64,000 nucleotides of DNA from an uncultured archaeon (GTDB lineage: Archaea; Thermoproteota; Bathyarchaeia; Bathyarchaeales; Bathycorpusculaceae), in the NCBI GenBank assembly GCA_963782915.1, contig CAWALK010000020.1:32001-96000 (forward strand), written 5' to 3'. Positions 39,965 through 51,141 of the stretch are shown here, piece by piece. The position numbers and the translations under genes are program-made. The first letter of the stretch is position 1. Each line of letters opens with the position of its first letter. The notes under the pieces are model-generated. The model was not told the DNA's origin. It was given only the letters and a program-made list of their open reading frames with translations, and ran no database searches.

Positions 39965-40924
39965 TTGGGGAAATTACAATTATTCACTATATTACTTGTA
40001 GCAATGATGGTTTGTTCATTATCAGTGATTGGAATTGGCCAGGTGGAAGCGGTTGGAGCAATCACACACTACAATGTTGATTTCATACAAGAAACCTCCA
40101 CTGTAGCTATAGCCAACAATCTTAAAGTGGAAGCTGCCGACGCCAACAATGACACCGTAACAACGGTCGGCGCAGTTGTTTTGACTTGCAGTGACCCTAA
40201 CGCGATTCTGCCAACCAACACCACACTAGACGTAAATGCTGGCGGTATAGCAAGCTGCACAATGTACTTTGGAACCGCTGGCACCCAAACAGTCACAGTA
40301 ACGGATACAGCAAATAATGCAATAGTTGGAACCTTAATAGTCACCGTTGCCCCAATCCATTTTGGCGTCTCGGTTACTCCAACAACCATTTCAGCGGGTG
40401 AATCCGTCAACGTTACGGTCTCAGCGTTAGATGCCTCTGAAAATGTGTTGACGGACATCGGGAGCTCGGGTTATGGCAAATCAATAGATTTTTCCTCAAC
40501 TGATGTAGCAGCAATTTTTCCGTTGCAGGGAAGCCCTAGCAATTTGGTAAATGGCATAGGCGTTTTCAACATTACCCTAAATACGGCTGGGTCTCAGACT
40601 ATTACAGTAGTGAACAAGGGGTTCCCTCTTGTTAACGCCACTACCGCTGCAATCACAGTTAATCCAGCGGCAACCCCGACGGTATCACCAACAACTGAAG
40701 TGACTCCAACACCAACAAGTCAACCAACAGCAACTCCAACATTGGCTCCAACACAAGCAGCCCAAACAGCCACAGACAATACACTACTCATAATCATCGC
40801 CGTAATAGCGGTAATTGCGATTGTCGGCATTTTGGTTGGTGTTGTGTTTATGCGCAAAAGAAAAGGCACCTCACCTGCCTCAACTTCTGATTTGCCTCTG
40901 CCTCCACCGCCACCGCCAACTTAA
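39965..40924 (+). CDS. surface protein with two Ig-like domains, Pro/Thr linker, TM anchor and polyproline tail
   Basis: Signal peptide, TAG(T/S)QT(V/I)TV repeats, TM, RKRK, SDLPLPPPPPPT*. Confidence 0.8.
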   Translation: MGKLQLFTILLVAMMVCSLSVIGIGQVEAVGAITHYNVDFIQETSTVAIANNLKVEAADANNDTVTTVGAVVLTCSDPNAILPTNTTLDVNAGGIASCTMYFGTAGTQTVTVTDTANNAIVGTLIVTVAPIHFGVSVTPTTISAGESVNVTVSALDASENVLTDIGSSGYGKSIDFSSTDVAAIFPLQGSPSNLVNGIGVFNITLNTAGSQTITVVNKGFPLVNATTAAITVNPAATPTVSPTTEVTPTPTSQPTATPTLAPTQAAQTATDNTLLIIIAVIAVIAIVGILVGVVFMRKRKGTSPASTSDLPLPPPPPPT

Positions 40925-41253
40925 GGCCCCTTTTTGGGCTGGCTTTTTGCTAGCCTTTAACACCGTTTTTTGGTTTGCACAAGTAGTTTGCGACTTGTTT
41001 TGGGCTCGGCTTTCATGAAGCAATCTCTACCTCAAAGTGTTGGTTGTTGTTGTGTATAGGCGCTTTTCGGCAACAACACACTGTAGAAAAACCAAAAACC
41101 CAAACAAGACCCCCACAACCAAGAAAACCATCCAAAATCATCATTACAAGCAATCGCCTAACATCATTTTACCTTTTGCAACCATGAAACGGCTATTTAT
41201 GCAAAACTTTATAACAGCGCCAAACGTTTTGGATTCTAAAAAGGTAGAAGCAA

Positions 41254-42174
41254 ATGAAATTCGGCACATACATGTTTGAAGCAAAGAAAGTTCCAGGCTT
41301 CGACTTTGACCTCTTCCGCACAAAACCGGAAGTCGGAAGACGAATGCCCCCTAAAGCTGATATGTACAGTAACGTCGCAATTTTCGGTGACAACGTCGCA
41401 GCCCGTCTACACCCAGACTGGATTTCACAATCAGACCTTGGTCCAGCTTGGAGAACCAACGACAACTACAACGTACGCTGGGAAGTCCTCTGTCAAACAC
41501 AACCAGAACACCGTGCAGAACAACTTGACTATATGGAAGACACTGCACGCAAAAGTCAAGGTGTCTGGCTAAACAGCATCCACTTCGCAGAACACGGCCA
41601 CTGCACCTGCCCAAGATGCAAAGAATTACACGCAAAAAGCGGCTTATCCTGGTACGAATGGAGACGCAAAGAAGTCACAGACTACATGGCAGCAACAAGC
41701 GACCGCGTAATCAACAAAGCCAAAAAACCACTATACATCGGTGTCCTTCCAGACCCAGTCACAAACTATGAACGCTTCGGCGTCAACTTCGACGATATGC
41801 TACCACTCACAACCGAAATGTTCGTCGTCATGTTCAGCAAAAACTACGCTACACCCTGGTACTGGGAAATGCTCACACGCAACTTCAAGAAACTCTTCAA
41901 AAACGTAAAACTAAACATTGCACTCTACGTTATCGGGCCCGGCGACGATCCACAAGAAACACCAACAGCAAGCGAACTCTTAACAGTCTCAGTCCGCATG
42001 GCACGCGCAGGCGTAGATGGCTTACTATACCTCACCGACAAAGCAGCACAGATGCAAGAATTCCAAAAGAAAGCCATCGCAGAGAAAGACACTCGCGAAC
42101 GCTTAAAGAGCTACGGCGGCAAAGCAGGCCAAGAAGTACTCGACCTAGTCACAAGCTGGGAAAAGCTCTTCTAA
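41254..42174 (+). CDS. putative glycoside hydrolase-like TIM-barrel protein with CxCxxC motif
   Basis: HPDWIS, GVWLNSIHF, CTCPRC, W.EWRR..VTD resemble the GHL10/GHL6-like core. Confidence 0.55.
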   Translation: MKFGTYMFEAKKVPGFDFDLFRTKPEVGRRMPPKADMYSNVAIFGDNVAARLHPDWISQSDLGPAWRTNDNYNVRWEVLCQTQPEHRAEQLDYMEDTARKSQGVWLNSIHFAEHGHCTCPRCKELHAKSGLSWYEWRRKEVTDYMAATSDRVINKAKKPLYIGVLPDPVTNYERFGVNFDDMLPLTTEMFVVMFSKNYATPWYWEMLTRNFKKLFKNVKLNIALYVIGPGDDPQETPTASELLTVSVRMARAGVDGLLYLTDKAAQMQEFQKKAIAEKDTRERLKSYGGKAGQEVLDLVTSWEKLF

Positions 42175-42590
42175 GGAAGTACGGAACAAAGATAGCTATC
42201 GGCAATCAACCAAAAAGGTTGAACAGCCAAGCTGCCTCTTTTTATATTTTTTTAACCTTTTATGCATTTGACTCTTAGTTCTGGATTTGTTTGTCCATTC
42301 TCTTTTAGCGACTCATACTGGGCTTCCATTAAAATCGAGGGCATCATTTTTGATATCCTCCAAATCTATATCACTCTGCAATATGCCTGAACTCTCTGAA
42401 CCCGCTTTAGCCGTTTTATCGAACATAACTAAAATTTTCAACCAACCAAATATGTTCCTAAACCCCATTTACCTATGCCCCCAAAACAATAAGCCCCCTC
42501 ATCTAAGCTTAAAACAGGCGATTCCACCCCAAATAAGCATTAAGCTTTTAGGTAAATGATGCGTAAACAGCAGTAACAGAGGATAAAACT

Positions 42591-42662
42591 ATGCCTTCAT
42601 TAGCAAAAAAGAACGCAGCAAAAAAGAAAAAACACGAAGAAAAAACAGGAAAGAAAGAGTAA
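42591..42662 (+). CDS. 23-aa basic peptide (not in ORF track)
   Basis: GAGGATA SD-like, ATG: MPSLAKKNAAKKKKHEEKTGKKE*; TATA-like element ~45 nt upstream. Confidence 0.5.
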   Translation: MPSLAKKNAAKKKKHEEKTGKKE

Positions 42663-42702
42663 GCTTTCTCCAATTTAACGGCTCTCTTCAACCGCTAAAA
42701 TC

Positions 42703-43443
42703 CTAAACATACCTTTTCTCTTTATCACAGTACCAGCGTTGATACTGCTGGATGTAACGGATTGAGCTTCTGCAGTATGGGCACATGGGTGTCTGTGTTG
42801 GCGGTGGAGGCGGCGGTAATGGCATTTCATTTTGGGTTTGTATTAGGGGTGCTCCGCATGAGGTACAGAATTTTGATCCTAACGTGTCAGGGGCGCCGCA
42901 TTTTTGGCAGATTTTCTGTGAAGCAACTTGTGGCTTTTGAACATAGGCGCTTTGCATCGATTGGGGCGAAGTAAAAGCTGTTGGCTGTATACTCGGCGCA
43001 TACTGCAATGCGGTTCTGGCTTGGTTTATTGCTGTAACCCAATCTCGGTTGTTGTTTCCGCCTGAAACCACATAAGCGTGGGTTGGCTTCGATAAACCGC
43101 TGCAATCTATGCTGATGTAGCTTTGACCCATCTTCTTTCCAGCTTCAACTCGCGTAATGCTTTGTAGTGGCATGGCGTAGCTGCCTTCTCGTTTTGATAA
43201 TTCGTCGATTTCAGCTTTAGAAACCCTATTTTCAATCGCTTGTGCAGCGAATACTCCGCCTACTGCCCAAGCTGCCGCCCGTGCGGCTCCTCCCTTATCG
43301 ATGTAGACCAGACGCTTGTTGGTGAGTATTAGGGTGCCGAGATCGGCGAATGCGCCTGCTTTTAATCCAACGGTTGGGGGTGATTGGGATTCGTGGGCTT
43401 TTACGCCTGCCTCTTGCCTTATTATGGCTTCGACTTCTGACAC
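42703..43443 (-). CDS. PH/GRAM-like domain protein with zinc ribbons and polyproline
   Basis: GTLILTNKRLVY, W..AINQA, CQKCG..FCTSCG, PLPPPPPPT, CPYC..YIQQYQRWYC. Confidence 0.7.
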   Translation of the reverse strand: MSEVEAIIRQEAGVKAHESQSPPTVGLKAGAFADLGTLILTNKRLVYIDKGGAARAAAWAVGGVFAAQAIENRVSKAEIDELSKREGSYAMPLQSITRVEAGKKMGQSYISIDCSGLSKPTHAYVVSGGNNNRDWVTAINQARTALQYAPSIQPTAFTSPQSMQSAYVQKPQVASQKICQKCGAPDTLGSKFCTSCGAPLIQTQNEMPLPPPPPPTQTPMCPYCRSSIRYIQQYQRWYCDKEKRYV

Positions 43444-43725
43444 GGGATGCTCCTCAAGCCATAGTTAGCATGTTAGCGCTTTAAGCCTATCGACCCACGT
43501 CACAATTGGGTGTGATGCGGGGGGAATCTGGGAAATCGTTTTTATCCAAAAAAAGCCCAAACGTGATTGCTGGTGTATGTAAAGCCGAAGATTGAATCGA
43601 TACAGAAAAGGGGCTGACAAGGCTCTGGTTAACTAACAGTTACTCATGTTAGAGTTTTCTACCTTCTCTCCTATTTGGTCCAGAGCCTCAGCAAACCCAT
43701 TCAATCAAACGATAGATAATGCCGT

Positions 43726-44235
43726 CTATTTTTTGATGGCTTTCAAGGTAGCCGCAACGTCTTTTTTGAGAAGCTTCTGCTGATTATCTTTATACTGGGA
43801 AAACTGCAAATTAGACAACGCCGCCTCTATAGAACCATTATACTTGTCGGTGGATTGCATTATAGTTCCAAGCCCCTGAATAGTCTGCCTTGCAGTAATG
43901 AATTTCTCGTCGCCACAGCAAGCCATGTATTTCCCAAAGACTTTAGCAAATTTGCCCTCATTATCCCAACGTACATTCTCTGCGATGAGCATAACGCCGA
44001 GGCTGCGCTGGTACGAGTTGTCGCTATCCAACTTTTTCTCCAGAACCTCCCAGTATGGATAAACTGAGGGTGCTTCTTTGGAGTGGGCTTGTAAGAGAAG
44101 AAAAGCATTGTAGCGTATCTTGTCATCTTTTTCGCTGAGCGTTTCTACGAGGAATTTGATGTCGTTTGCGGTTAGAGTTTTGGCTTGGGCAGAAATTTCC
44201 TCTTTTTTTATTATGGCTAATTGGTCGGAGTCCAA
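43726..44235 (-). CDS. HEAT/ARM-like alpha-helical protein
   Basis: LSEKDDKIRYNA, LDSDNSYQRSLG, DEKFITARQ helical repeats. Confidence 0.6.
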   Translation of the reverse strand: MDSDQLAIIKKEEISAQAKTLTANDIKFLVETLSEKDDKIRYNAFLLLQAHSKEAPSVYPYWEVLEKKLDSDNSYQRSLGVMLIAENVRWDNEGKFAKVFGKYMACCGDEKFITARQTIQGLGTIMQSTDKYNGSIEAALSNLQFSQYKDNQQKLLKKDVAATLKAIKK

Positions 44236-44349
44236 GTTTTATCCTCAATAGTGATTCTGCATAAGATAAATAAAAGAATAAGCATGGTTGGGTTACTTCG
44301 TTATTGCTAGCTGGTCAAGTTTTCTTGGATTAATAGCCAAATTGGTTTA

Positions 44350-44365
44350 GTCAAGGTTTCTTGAC
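44350..44365. promoter_or_regulatory. palindromic operator GTCAAG-N4-CTTGAC upstream of BRE/TATA
   Basis: Identical to 8472-8487; near-copy at 44314-44329. Confidence 0.55.
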
Positions 44366-44412
44366 GAAAAACGCTTTAAGACTGCCTCGGCTCACGGCTT
44401 AATTGATGAAAA

Positions 44413-45641
44413 ATGAAAGCCTTCACTGCACTTATTCTGGCAACCCTAATAGTTTCCTTATCAATCATCTCCTCACCCGCACTCGCTTATGACGCATCTT
44501 CGGTGGGCGTCAAAGAAGGCGACTGGATAGAATACAACATCAGCGTAAATGGAACTGGGTCAGCGCCTCCAACACACGACGTAAGGTGGATGAGAACTAA
44601 CCGTCTTGTCAGTTCAAGATACGGCTTTCTCAATCAATCTTACCGCCCGATATGCTAATGGAACAGTAGGCAACGCCATCTGGAAATTCAACTTCTCAGA
44701 AGGCAACGTCGGAGGCTGGATAATCATTCCCGCCAATCTTGGAGTAGGCGACACATTCTATGATTCCTCGATACACAATCACAAACCCGTAAATGTAACA
44801 ATTCAAAGTGAAGCCCAAAAAACCGTTTTGGGTGCAAACCGAATTTTAACGTATGGGAACGATTCTTTTCGGCATAAGGAATGGGATAAAGCTACTGGCG
44901 TGTTTGTTGGGTCTTCGGAAACTTACCGTAACGTAACTACAAAGGATGGCTGGTACATTGACGACCTGACTGTAACTGTGGATGCAGTTGCAACCAACAT
45001 ATGGAGCCCTGAAGCCCCAAGCGCCGAGTCAGTCAATGTTTTATCCACTGGTGATTGCAGTGGGTTTGGTTGCCGCTGTTACGTCTTTGCTAATAGTTGT
45101 AGCCCGTAGAAAACACGTTACACTGAATCCTAAGCAGCAGACAGTTGCAGGCATCGCTCTTGTATTGGGGCTAATATTTGCTGTTGGCGCCATATCATCC
45201 ACGCCCATAAGCGAAAGTCAGGTTCCACTTAGTTTCCGAGATATCAACGTAATCATGCAAACGCTTTGGATGACCCTGATTCTAATCAGCATGTGGTTTA
45301 GAAGTAAAGGCAATTACCTCATGCATGGTATCCTAGCAATAATGGCAGTTTCTATAACAATCGTAAGTTTCCTCGGCGTGCTGGTTATGTCTCCTATGAA
45401 TAACAGTTCGATGGCTGAGTATTTGGGTTCACCCTTGGATTTGGCGGTGTTTTTAGGTCATGCTGTCTTTTCTTTTCCCGCGTTAGCTTTCGGAGTGTGG
45501 CTTATCATTATTTGGCGACCAAATTCACCGACGTTTCCAGCTAAAAGCCGAAGGATTGCTTGGTTATTGACAGTGTTCTGGGTGCTTTCCTATGTTGTAG
45601 GCATCTTGGATTACATGATTATCCGTAACCATCTCTTCTGA
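44413..45641 (+). CDS. protein with secreted N-terminal domain and multi-pass (DUF420-like) C-terminal domain; two frameshifts
   Basis: VGVKEGDWIEY..WDKATGV domain, followed by TMs carrying HG and HA His residues. Confidence 0.6.
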
Positions 45642-45700
45642 TACAAGCTTCTTTGCTAAAAAAACCCATTCAACGAAATACAATCAAAAGAGTTGACGAG

Positions 45701-45774
45701 TGGACCGGAGGGGATTTGAACCCCTGACCTCTTGAGTGCAAGTCAAGCGTTCATACCAGCTGAACTACCGGCCC
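45701..45774 (-). tRNA. tRNA-Ala(UGC)
   Basis: GGGCCGGTAGTTCAGCTGGTATGAACGCTTGACTTGCACTCAAGAGGTCAGGGGTTCAAATCCCCTCCGGTCCA; TGC anticodon, G3:U70 pair, CCA not encoded. Confidence 0.95.
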
Positions 45775-46085
45775 GCCACTTTCCCAAACCTATGCAGAAG
45801 AATGATATTTAGGTTTTGGATAGCCAACTTGTAAAAAGCTACAATAAAGCCCTGGAAAAAACGCTGGCTATCTTTTTGCCCAGCATTCCCAGCAGTAAAC
45901 GTTAGGTTGAAAGGGCCTTCGCATTCTTGTTCATCGCAGTCGAATGCTTGAAACAGAATTTTCATATCTCATTGGGATTGATTGTTGGGTTTAAGCGGTA
46001 ATGTATTCTTATTCTTATGTTGAATATTCAGGATTTGAATGCTGGATTCATAAGTGTTTTAACACCCCTCACTCGCTTAATACGC

Positions 46086-48269
46086 ATGAGAATTCGCTAC
46101 AAGATGCTCCTGATTCTGGGGTTAATCACCGTTATCTTAATGGCGGGTCTCATAGTTTTCGGAGAAAAAGCGATGTTGGATGGCATAACCGAATCCGAAA
46201 ACAAGCAGTCAACAGACAATGCCTTACGGTTAACTCAAAACTTAGACATCGCCATCACCAACATACACAACACCGTCAACGATTGGGCACAATGGGACGA
46301 TACATACGCTTTTGTTGAAAACAACAACACCGCCTATATCGCATCCAATTTGATGGACGATACGTTTGTGAATTTGCAGTTGAACATGATGCTTTATTTT
46401 AATGAGAATAGAGGCTCTTTGGTTTTCGGAAAATCTATATAATTTTTCAAACCAGACTGCTATTGCAACTTAATGATAACACAGTAGCCCAAGTTATCCA
46501 AAACGAGAATTTGTTTAATGAATCAGCTCAGGAAGGCGGTTTAATTCTCTTAGACGGAACACCTATGCTGGTGGCTTCTTGTCCGATCCTTAGCAGCTTG
46601 GAAGAGGGGCCTTCGCATGGAACCCTAATAATGGGCAGATATCTCGACGAAAATCAACTGATGCTTCTATCCTCATCAACCGGCCTACCTATATCCTACG
46701 CACTAGTTAACAGCACATCCGCAAGTGCAAGTTTTGAGTTAGCTAAAGCCAACCTCTCAGGAGAACGCCCAATCTTTGCCCATCCCTTGAATGAAACCTA
46801 CATCGCCGGATATGCATTATTAAACGACGTTGAAGGCGAGCCCCTCCTGATCATGAGAGTGGATGATTACCGAACAGAATACACCTTAGGAACCGGTGGT
46901 TTGGTTTACTCTGAAATATTCTTTGTAGGCATCGCTCTTTGCGTATTTATTGCAATTGCTCTTCTCTTAGACAAACTAGTCATATCACGCTTGAGCAGTC
47001 TAAGCGGTACAGTGACAAAAATAAGGCATAATGATAAAAATTTAAGGCGTGTTAAAGTTGAAGGAAACGATGAATTATCCAGCCTTAGCCAGAACATAAA
47101 TGGACTGCTAGACGTCATCGAGCAGAACACGTTTACGCTTGAAAATACAGTGGCTGAACGCACAAAAGAGTTGGCGGAAAACAAGAAGCAACTGGAAAGT
47201 ATTTTGCAGGCGTCTCCTGATGCCATAATCGCCGCTGACTTAGCCGGTAACCTTATTGAATGTAACATGCGAGTCACTGAACTGAGCGGTTTTACCCATG
47301 AAGACCTTATTGGAAAACCGGGGTTAAATTTTCTAGTGGATAGGTTACGTCAAGACTTTGCGAAAGAAGTTGTTGCTGTATTCCAAAACAAGGGTCCGGT
47401 GCGTTGTGAAACCTATTTTATGAAAAAAGACGGCTTCAGAAATACCCGTTGAATTCTCTGTTAGCCTTGTTAAAGATGAAGCGGACCATCCAATTGGCAT
47501 AGTCGGTATCATTAGGGACCTCTCGGAAAAGAAACTGCTTGAGCAGCGCCTCTTACGTTCAGAGCGTTTAGCCGCTATTGGTGAATTAGCAGGTATGGTT
47601 GCACATGATATTCGTAATCCGCTTGCAGCAATAAGAAACGCAGATTACCTTATCAAGAAAAAAACCGTAAACGGCAAAAACAGTGACATTGCCCCTATGA
47701 TTGAGATTATCGATAAATCCATTGATCACGCTAACGCAATTATCACTGATTTATTGGAATATTCAAAGAAGCTCCGCCTCGACATAGTCGAGTGTTCACC
47801 TAAACAGTTGCTTGAAAAAGCACTAATTATGGTAAAGATTCCAGAAAACATACAATTCCAAGATTTAACAGCCGATTCAAAACTAAAAGCTGACGAAAAC
47901 AAAGCCGTACGGGTCTATGTTAACTTGATAAAAAACGCAGTAGACGCCATGCCCAATGGCGGCACGTTAGAAATCAAAAGCTATCAAGAGAAAGACACAG
48001 TTGTTATCTCTTTCACCGACACCGGCCAAGGCATCTCGCAGGAAACGCTGCCCAAAATATTCACACCCCTATTCACCACTAAAGCACAGGGCATGGGTTT
48101 CGGCTTATCCATTAGCAAACGCATCGTCGAAGGGCACGGCGGCAAAATCCTGGTTCAAAGCGAAGAGGGAAAAGGCACAACCTTCGTCGTCATTTTTCCG
48201 TTGGAGCCAAAATTTAACGATGAGGAAAGCGGCGGCAACCCTGATATTTTGACGGATGAAATAGTTTAA
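46086..48269 (+). CDS. sensor histidine kinase (CHASE4-HAMP-PAS-HisKA-HATPase); frameshifts near 46430 and 47445
   Basis: DWAQWDDTY (CHASE4), [39 protein letters not shown]. Confidence 0.88.
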
Positions 48270-48306
48270 AAGTTATATTCATGAGCTAAACACTGGTTAT
48301 GGAGGC

Positions 48307-48798
48307 TTGTGTTTGGAATTAAAAACCGTTAAAGTAGAGCCGCCCAAAGACTGCAACATCATTTTGGGTCAAGCGCATTTCATAAAAACCGCTGAAGACC
48401 TCTATGAAGCCCTCGTCAACTCTGTTCCCGGCATAAAGTTCGGTTTGGGTTTCTGTGAAAGTTCAGGTCCTTGCTTGGTGCGTTGTGAAGGTAACGATGA
48501 TGAGTTGCGGCGGTTGGCTGCGGAGAAGGCGTTTGAAATTGGTTGCGGCCACTGCTTTGTAATTTATCTTAAGAATGCTTATCCGCTCAATGTACTGGAT
48601 AAAATCAAAATGGTGCCCGAAGTGTGCTCAATTTATGCTGCGTCGGCTAATCCGTTGGAAATAGTCATTGCTGAGACTGAGCAGGGCAGAGGCATCATGG
48701 GCGTTATAGACGGCTTCAAGAGCAAGGGTATAGAAACCGACAAGGACATAGCAGACCGCCGAGGGTTTCTACGTAAAATAGGCTACAAACTCAGCTAA
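48307..48798 (+). CDS. adenosine-specific kinase family (DUF355) protein
   Basis: [40 protein letters not shown]. Confidence 0.88.
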   Translation: MCLELKTVKVEPPKDCNIILGQAHFIKTAEDLYEALVNSVPGIKFGLGFCESSGPCLVRCEGNDDELRRLAAEKAFEIGCGHCFVIYLKNAYPLNVLDKIKMVPEVCSIYAASANPLEIVIAETEQGRGIMGVIDGFKSKGIETDKDIADRRGFLRKIGYKLS

Positions 48799-48861
48799 GA
48801 ATGGCATTACTTTTTTATTTCCCTTTTTAGTCAACCTAGCCAATAGGTTAGGTGTAGTTTT

Positions 48862-49740
48862 TTGGCAGAATCATCAGCGGCATATGAACGAAACATGGCT
48901 CAACTCAAAGCCTACAAAGAACAACAATCCCAAGAACAAACAGAACTTAAAGACCGAATGGGCAAAATCACCCATAAAATCGCAATCATAAGCGGCAAAG
49001 GCGGAGTCGGAAAAAGCACCGTCACCGTAAACTTGGCTACAGCTTTTGCCATGCAGGGCAAACGAGTCGGAATCTTAGATGCAGATATCCATGGCCCCAG
49101 CGTACCCCGCCTGTTAGGGTTGGAGGGTAAAGAGGTTAAAGCCAGCCCAATCGGCGCTTTCCCGGTTGAGGGCCCGTTGGGTATGAAGGTTATGTCTATT
49201 GATTTCTTCCTCTCTGAGGAGTCACCTGCGATTTGGCGTGGACCGCTTAAGATGCGTGCGATCAAACAGTTCTTGGGTGAAGTTGTTTGGGGCGAACTTG
49301 ATTACTTATTTATCGATTTGCCGCCTGGCACTGGGGATGAGCCTTTGAGTATTGCTCAGCTTTTACCCGAAATGGATGGCGTAGTCATCGTCACAATGCC
49401 CACCCAGCTATCCAGCAGCATCGTCAAAAAAGCCGTCACGTTCGCAGAGAAACTGAACATGCAAACCATCGGTGTAGTTGAGAACATGAGCGGCTTTGTG
49501 TGTCCTCACTGCGGCAAAAAAACCGAGATCTTCGGTTCAGGCGGCGGCGAGAAAATGGCTAAAGAAGTAAATGTGCCCTTCCTCGGTAGCATTCCTATTG
49601 ACCCAAAAGTCGGTGCAGATTCAGATAAGGGAACACCTTTTGTGTTGAGCGATAAAGAGTCGGCTGCAACAAAAGCTTTCATGCAAGTTGTAGCAAAAGT
49701 CCAAGAATATATAAATACAAAAAATAGTAAAAGGGTTTGA
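48862..49740 (+). CDS. Mrp/NBP35 Fe-S cluster carrier ATPase
   Basis: SGKGGVGKS, DADIHGPS, DLPPGTGD, ENMS..CPHC. Confidence 0.93.
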   Translation: MAESSAAYERNMAQLKAYKEQQSQEQTELKDRMGKITHKIAIISGKGGVGKSTVTVNLATAFAMQGKRVGILDADIHGPSVPRLLGLEGKEVKASPIGAFPVEGPLGMKVMSIDFFLSEESPAIWRGPLKMRAIKQFLGEVVWGELDYLFIDLPPGTGDEPLSIAQLLPEMDGVVIVTMPTQLSSSIVKKAVTFAEKLNMQTIGVVENMSGFVCPHCGKKTEIFGSGGGEKMAKEVNVPFLGSIPIDPKVGADSDKGTPFVLSDKESAATKAFMQVVAKVQEYINTKNSKRV

Positions 49741-49776
49741 GAGCTAAACACTCTCTAATATTTTTTTGTCCGGTGG

Positions 49777-50067
49777 TTACGCTTTCGTTAGAGTAATCTC
49801 TATCGTGGAAACCATTCTGGACCTGTTCTCGCCTTCTCTTGGTGGCATCTCGGCGGTTCCGATTGCAATTTTGGTCACTTTGAGGTCTTTAATGAAGCGG
49901 CTTCTTGTAATTTCTGCGACATCAACTGCGGTGGTGATTGCTTGACCTCTTGCTTTTAGGGTTATTTCTTTTTGGGACCCTGAAGAGAATGCTGTTATGA
50001 TGGCGAGCACATAGCTCATTGGTGGTTTGTTTCCAACGAATATTACGTCACTGGCTTTTTCTGACAT
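49777..50067 (-). CDS. albA: chromatin protein Alba
   Basis: VGNKPPMSYVLA, KARGQAITTAVDVAE, VSTIEI. Confidence 0.95.
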   Translation of the reverse strand: MSEKASDVIFVGNKPPMSYVLAIITAFSSGSQKEITLKARGQAITTAVDVAEITRSRFIKDLKVTKIAIGTAEMPPREGENRSRMVSTIEITLTKA

Positions 50068-50365
50068 ATGTACTTTCAACTCCTTTTTTATGTTGTTTTG
50101 CAATGAATTAACGTTCAAGCTGTCTCTCCTCTTGTAGACTTTGAACGTTACTGTTTAGTACGCCAAACTTCCTAATAAAGAAATTTCAATTCAACGGATG
50201 GTAACCTGTGCGGTATATCGGTTTTAGGGTAGTTAAGTCAGCTTATTTTCGGTTGAATAGAGCTTTTAGCATTATTTTTTATAGTGACATTAAGGTATTT
50301 TGGAAAAGCGCTATAGTTTTATACCTCCTCCTTGAAGGGAAGAGTACAAGCAGGAAGAAGCATAC

Positions 50366-51100
50366 ATGTCTGTGTCACCTGGTTTGAGGGAAGTTTTAGC
50401 TAGAAGAATTGCGGGAGAAATCATACTTTCAAGCAACCCAGGCTCCACCATGCGGAAATGGCGTGAACTCTTCGCAGTCTCCCAACTTAGCCTATCAACC
50501 GCGATGAAACTCTCCTCCTCAGTGATAAGTGACTATGAGAGTGGCAGACGCAAAAGCCCCGGAGCCAAATTCATCCGCCGATTCGTGCTCTCACTGCTCC
50601 ATATCGATGAAGAAAAAGGCAGCCGTTTCATAAGAGAATTCGCCAGACTCACAAGTTCACCCAGCATGGCAGTAGTGGATCTTCGCGAGTTTCCCATTCC
50701 AGTCAGGGTTGAGTATCTCTGTAAAGCAATAGGCGGCGAAATCGTTGCTTGCAAAGAAAAATTCGTGAAAGAAGTCAACGGCTACACAGTCATCGACAGC
50801 CGAAAAGCTGTTGAGGCTTACTCGGGTTCAGAGTATGCGCAGCTCTTCGGCGCTACCACGGAGCGGGCGCTGGTATTTACCAATGTAGATGGCGGCAGTT
50901 TGCCCATGATGATTATACGAGTGAGCAGTCTCAAGCCTCGTATCGTGATTTTCCATAAGACCATGCCTGACGAGCAAGCGATTCGTATTGCGGAGTATGA
51001 GCAGATTCCGATTATATTCTCGTCTATGCCCAGCGTTGAGCAGTTGGTGATGTCGCTTCGTAAACTCTACCGTATTGCGTTGCGGATTAAGATTGGGTAA
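50366..51100 (+). CDS. HTH transcriptional regulator (archaeal COG1709-like)
   Basis: RIAGEI..PGSTMRKWRE, SVISDYESGRRKSPG, GYTVIDS, ERALVFT. Confidence 0.8.
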   Translation: MSVSPGLREVLARRIAGEIILSSNPGSTMRKWRELFAVSQLSLSTAMKLSSSVISDYESGRRKSPGAKFIRRFVLSLLHIDEEKGSRFIREFARLTSSPSMAVVDLREFPIPVRVEYLCKAIGGEIVACKEKFVKEVNGYTVIDSRKAVEAYSGSEYAQLFGATTERALVFTNVDGGSLPMMIIRVSSLKPRIVIFHKTMPDEQAIRIAEYEQIPIIFSSMPSVEQLVMSLRKLYRIALRIKIG

Positions 51101-51141
51101 GAAGCGTGTGCGTCCGCCGCCAAAAATCAGCGCTTAACGGG

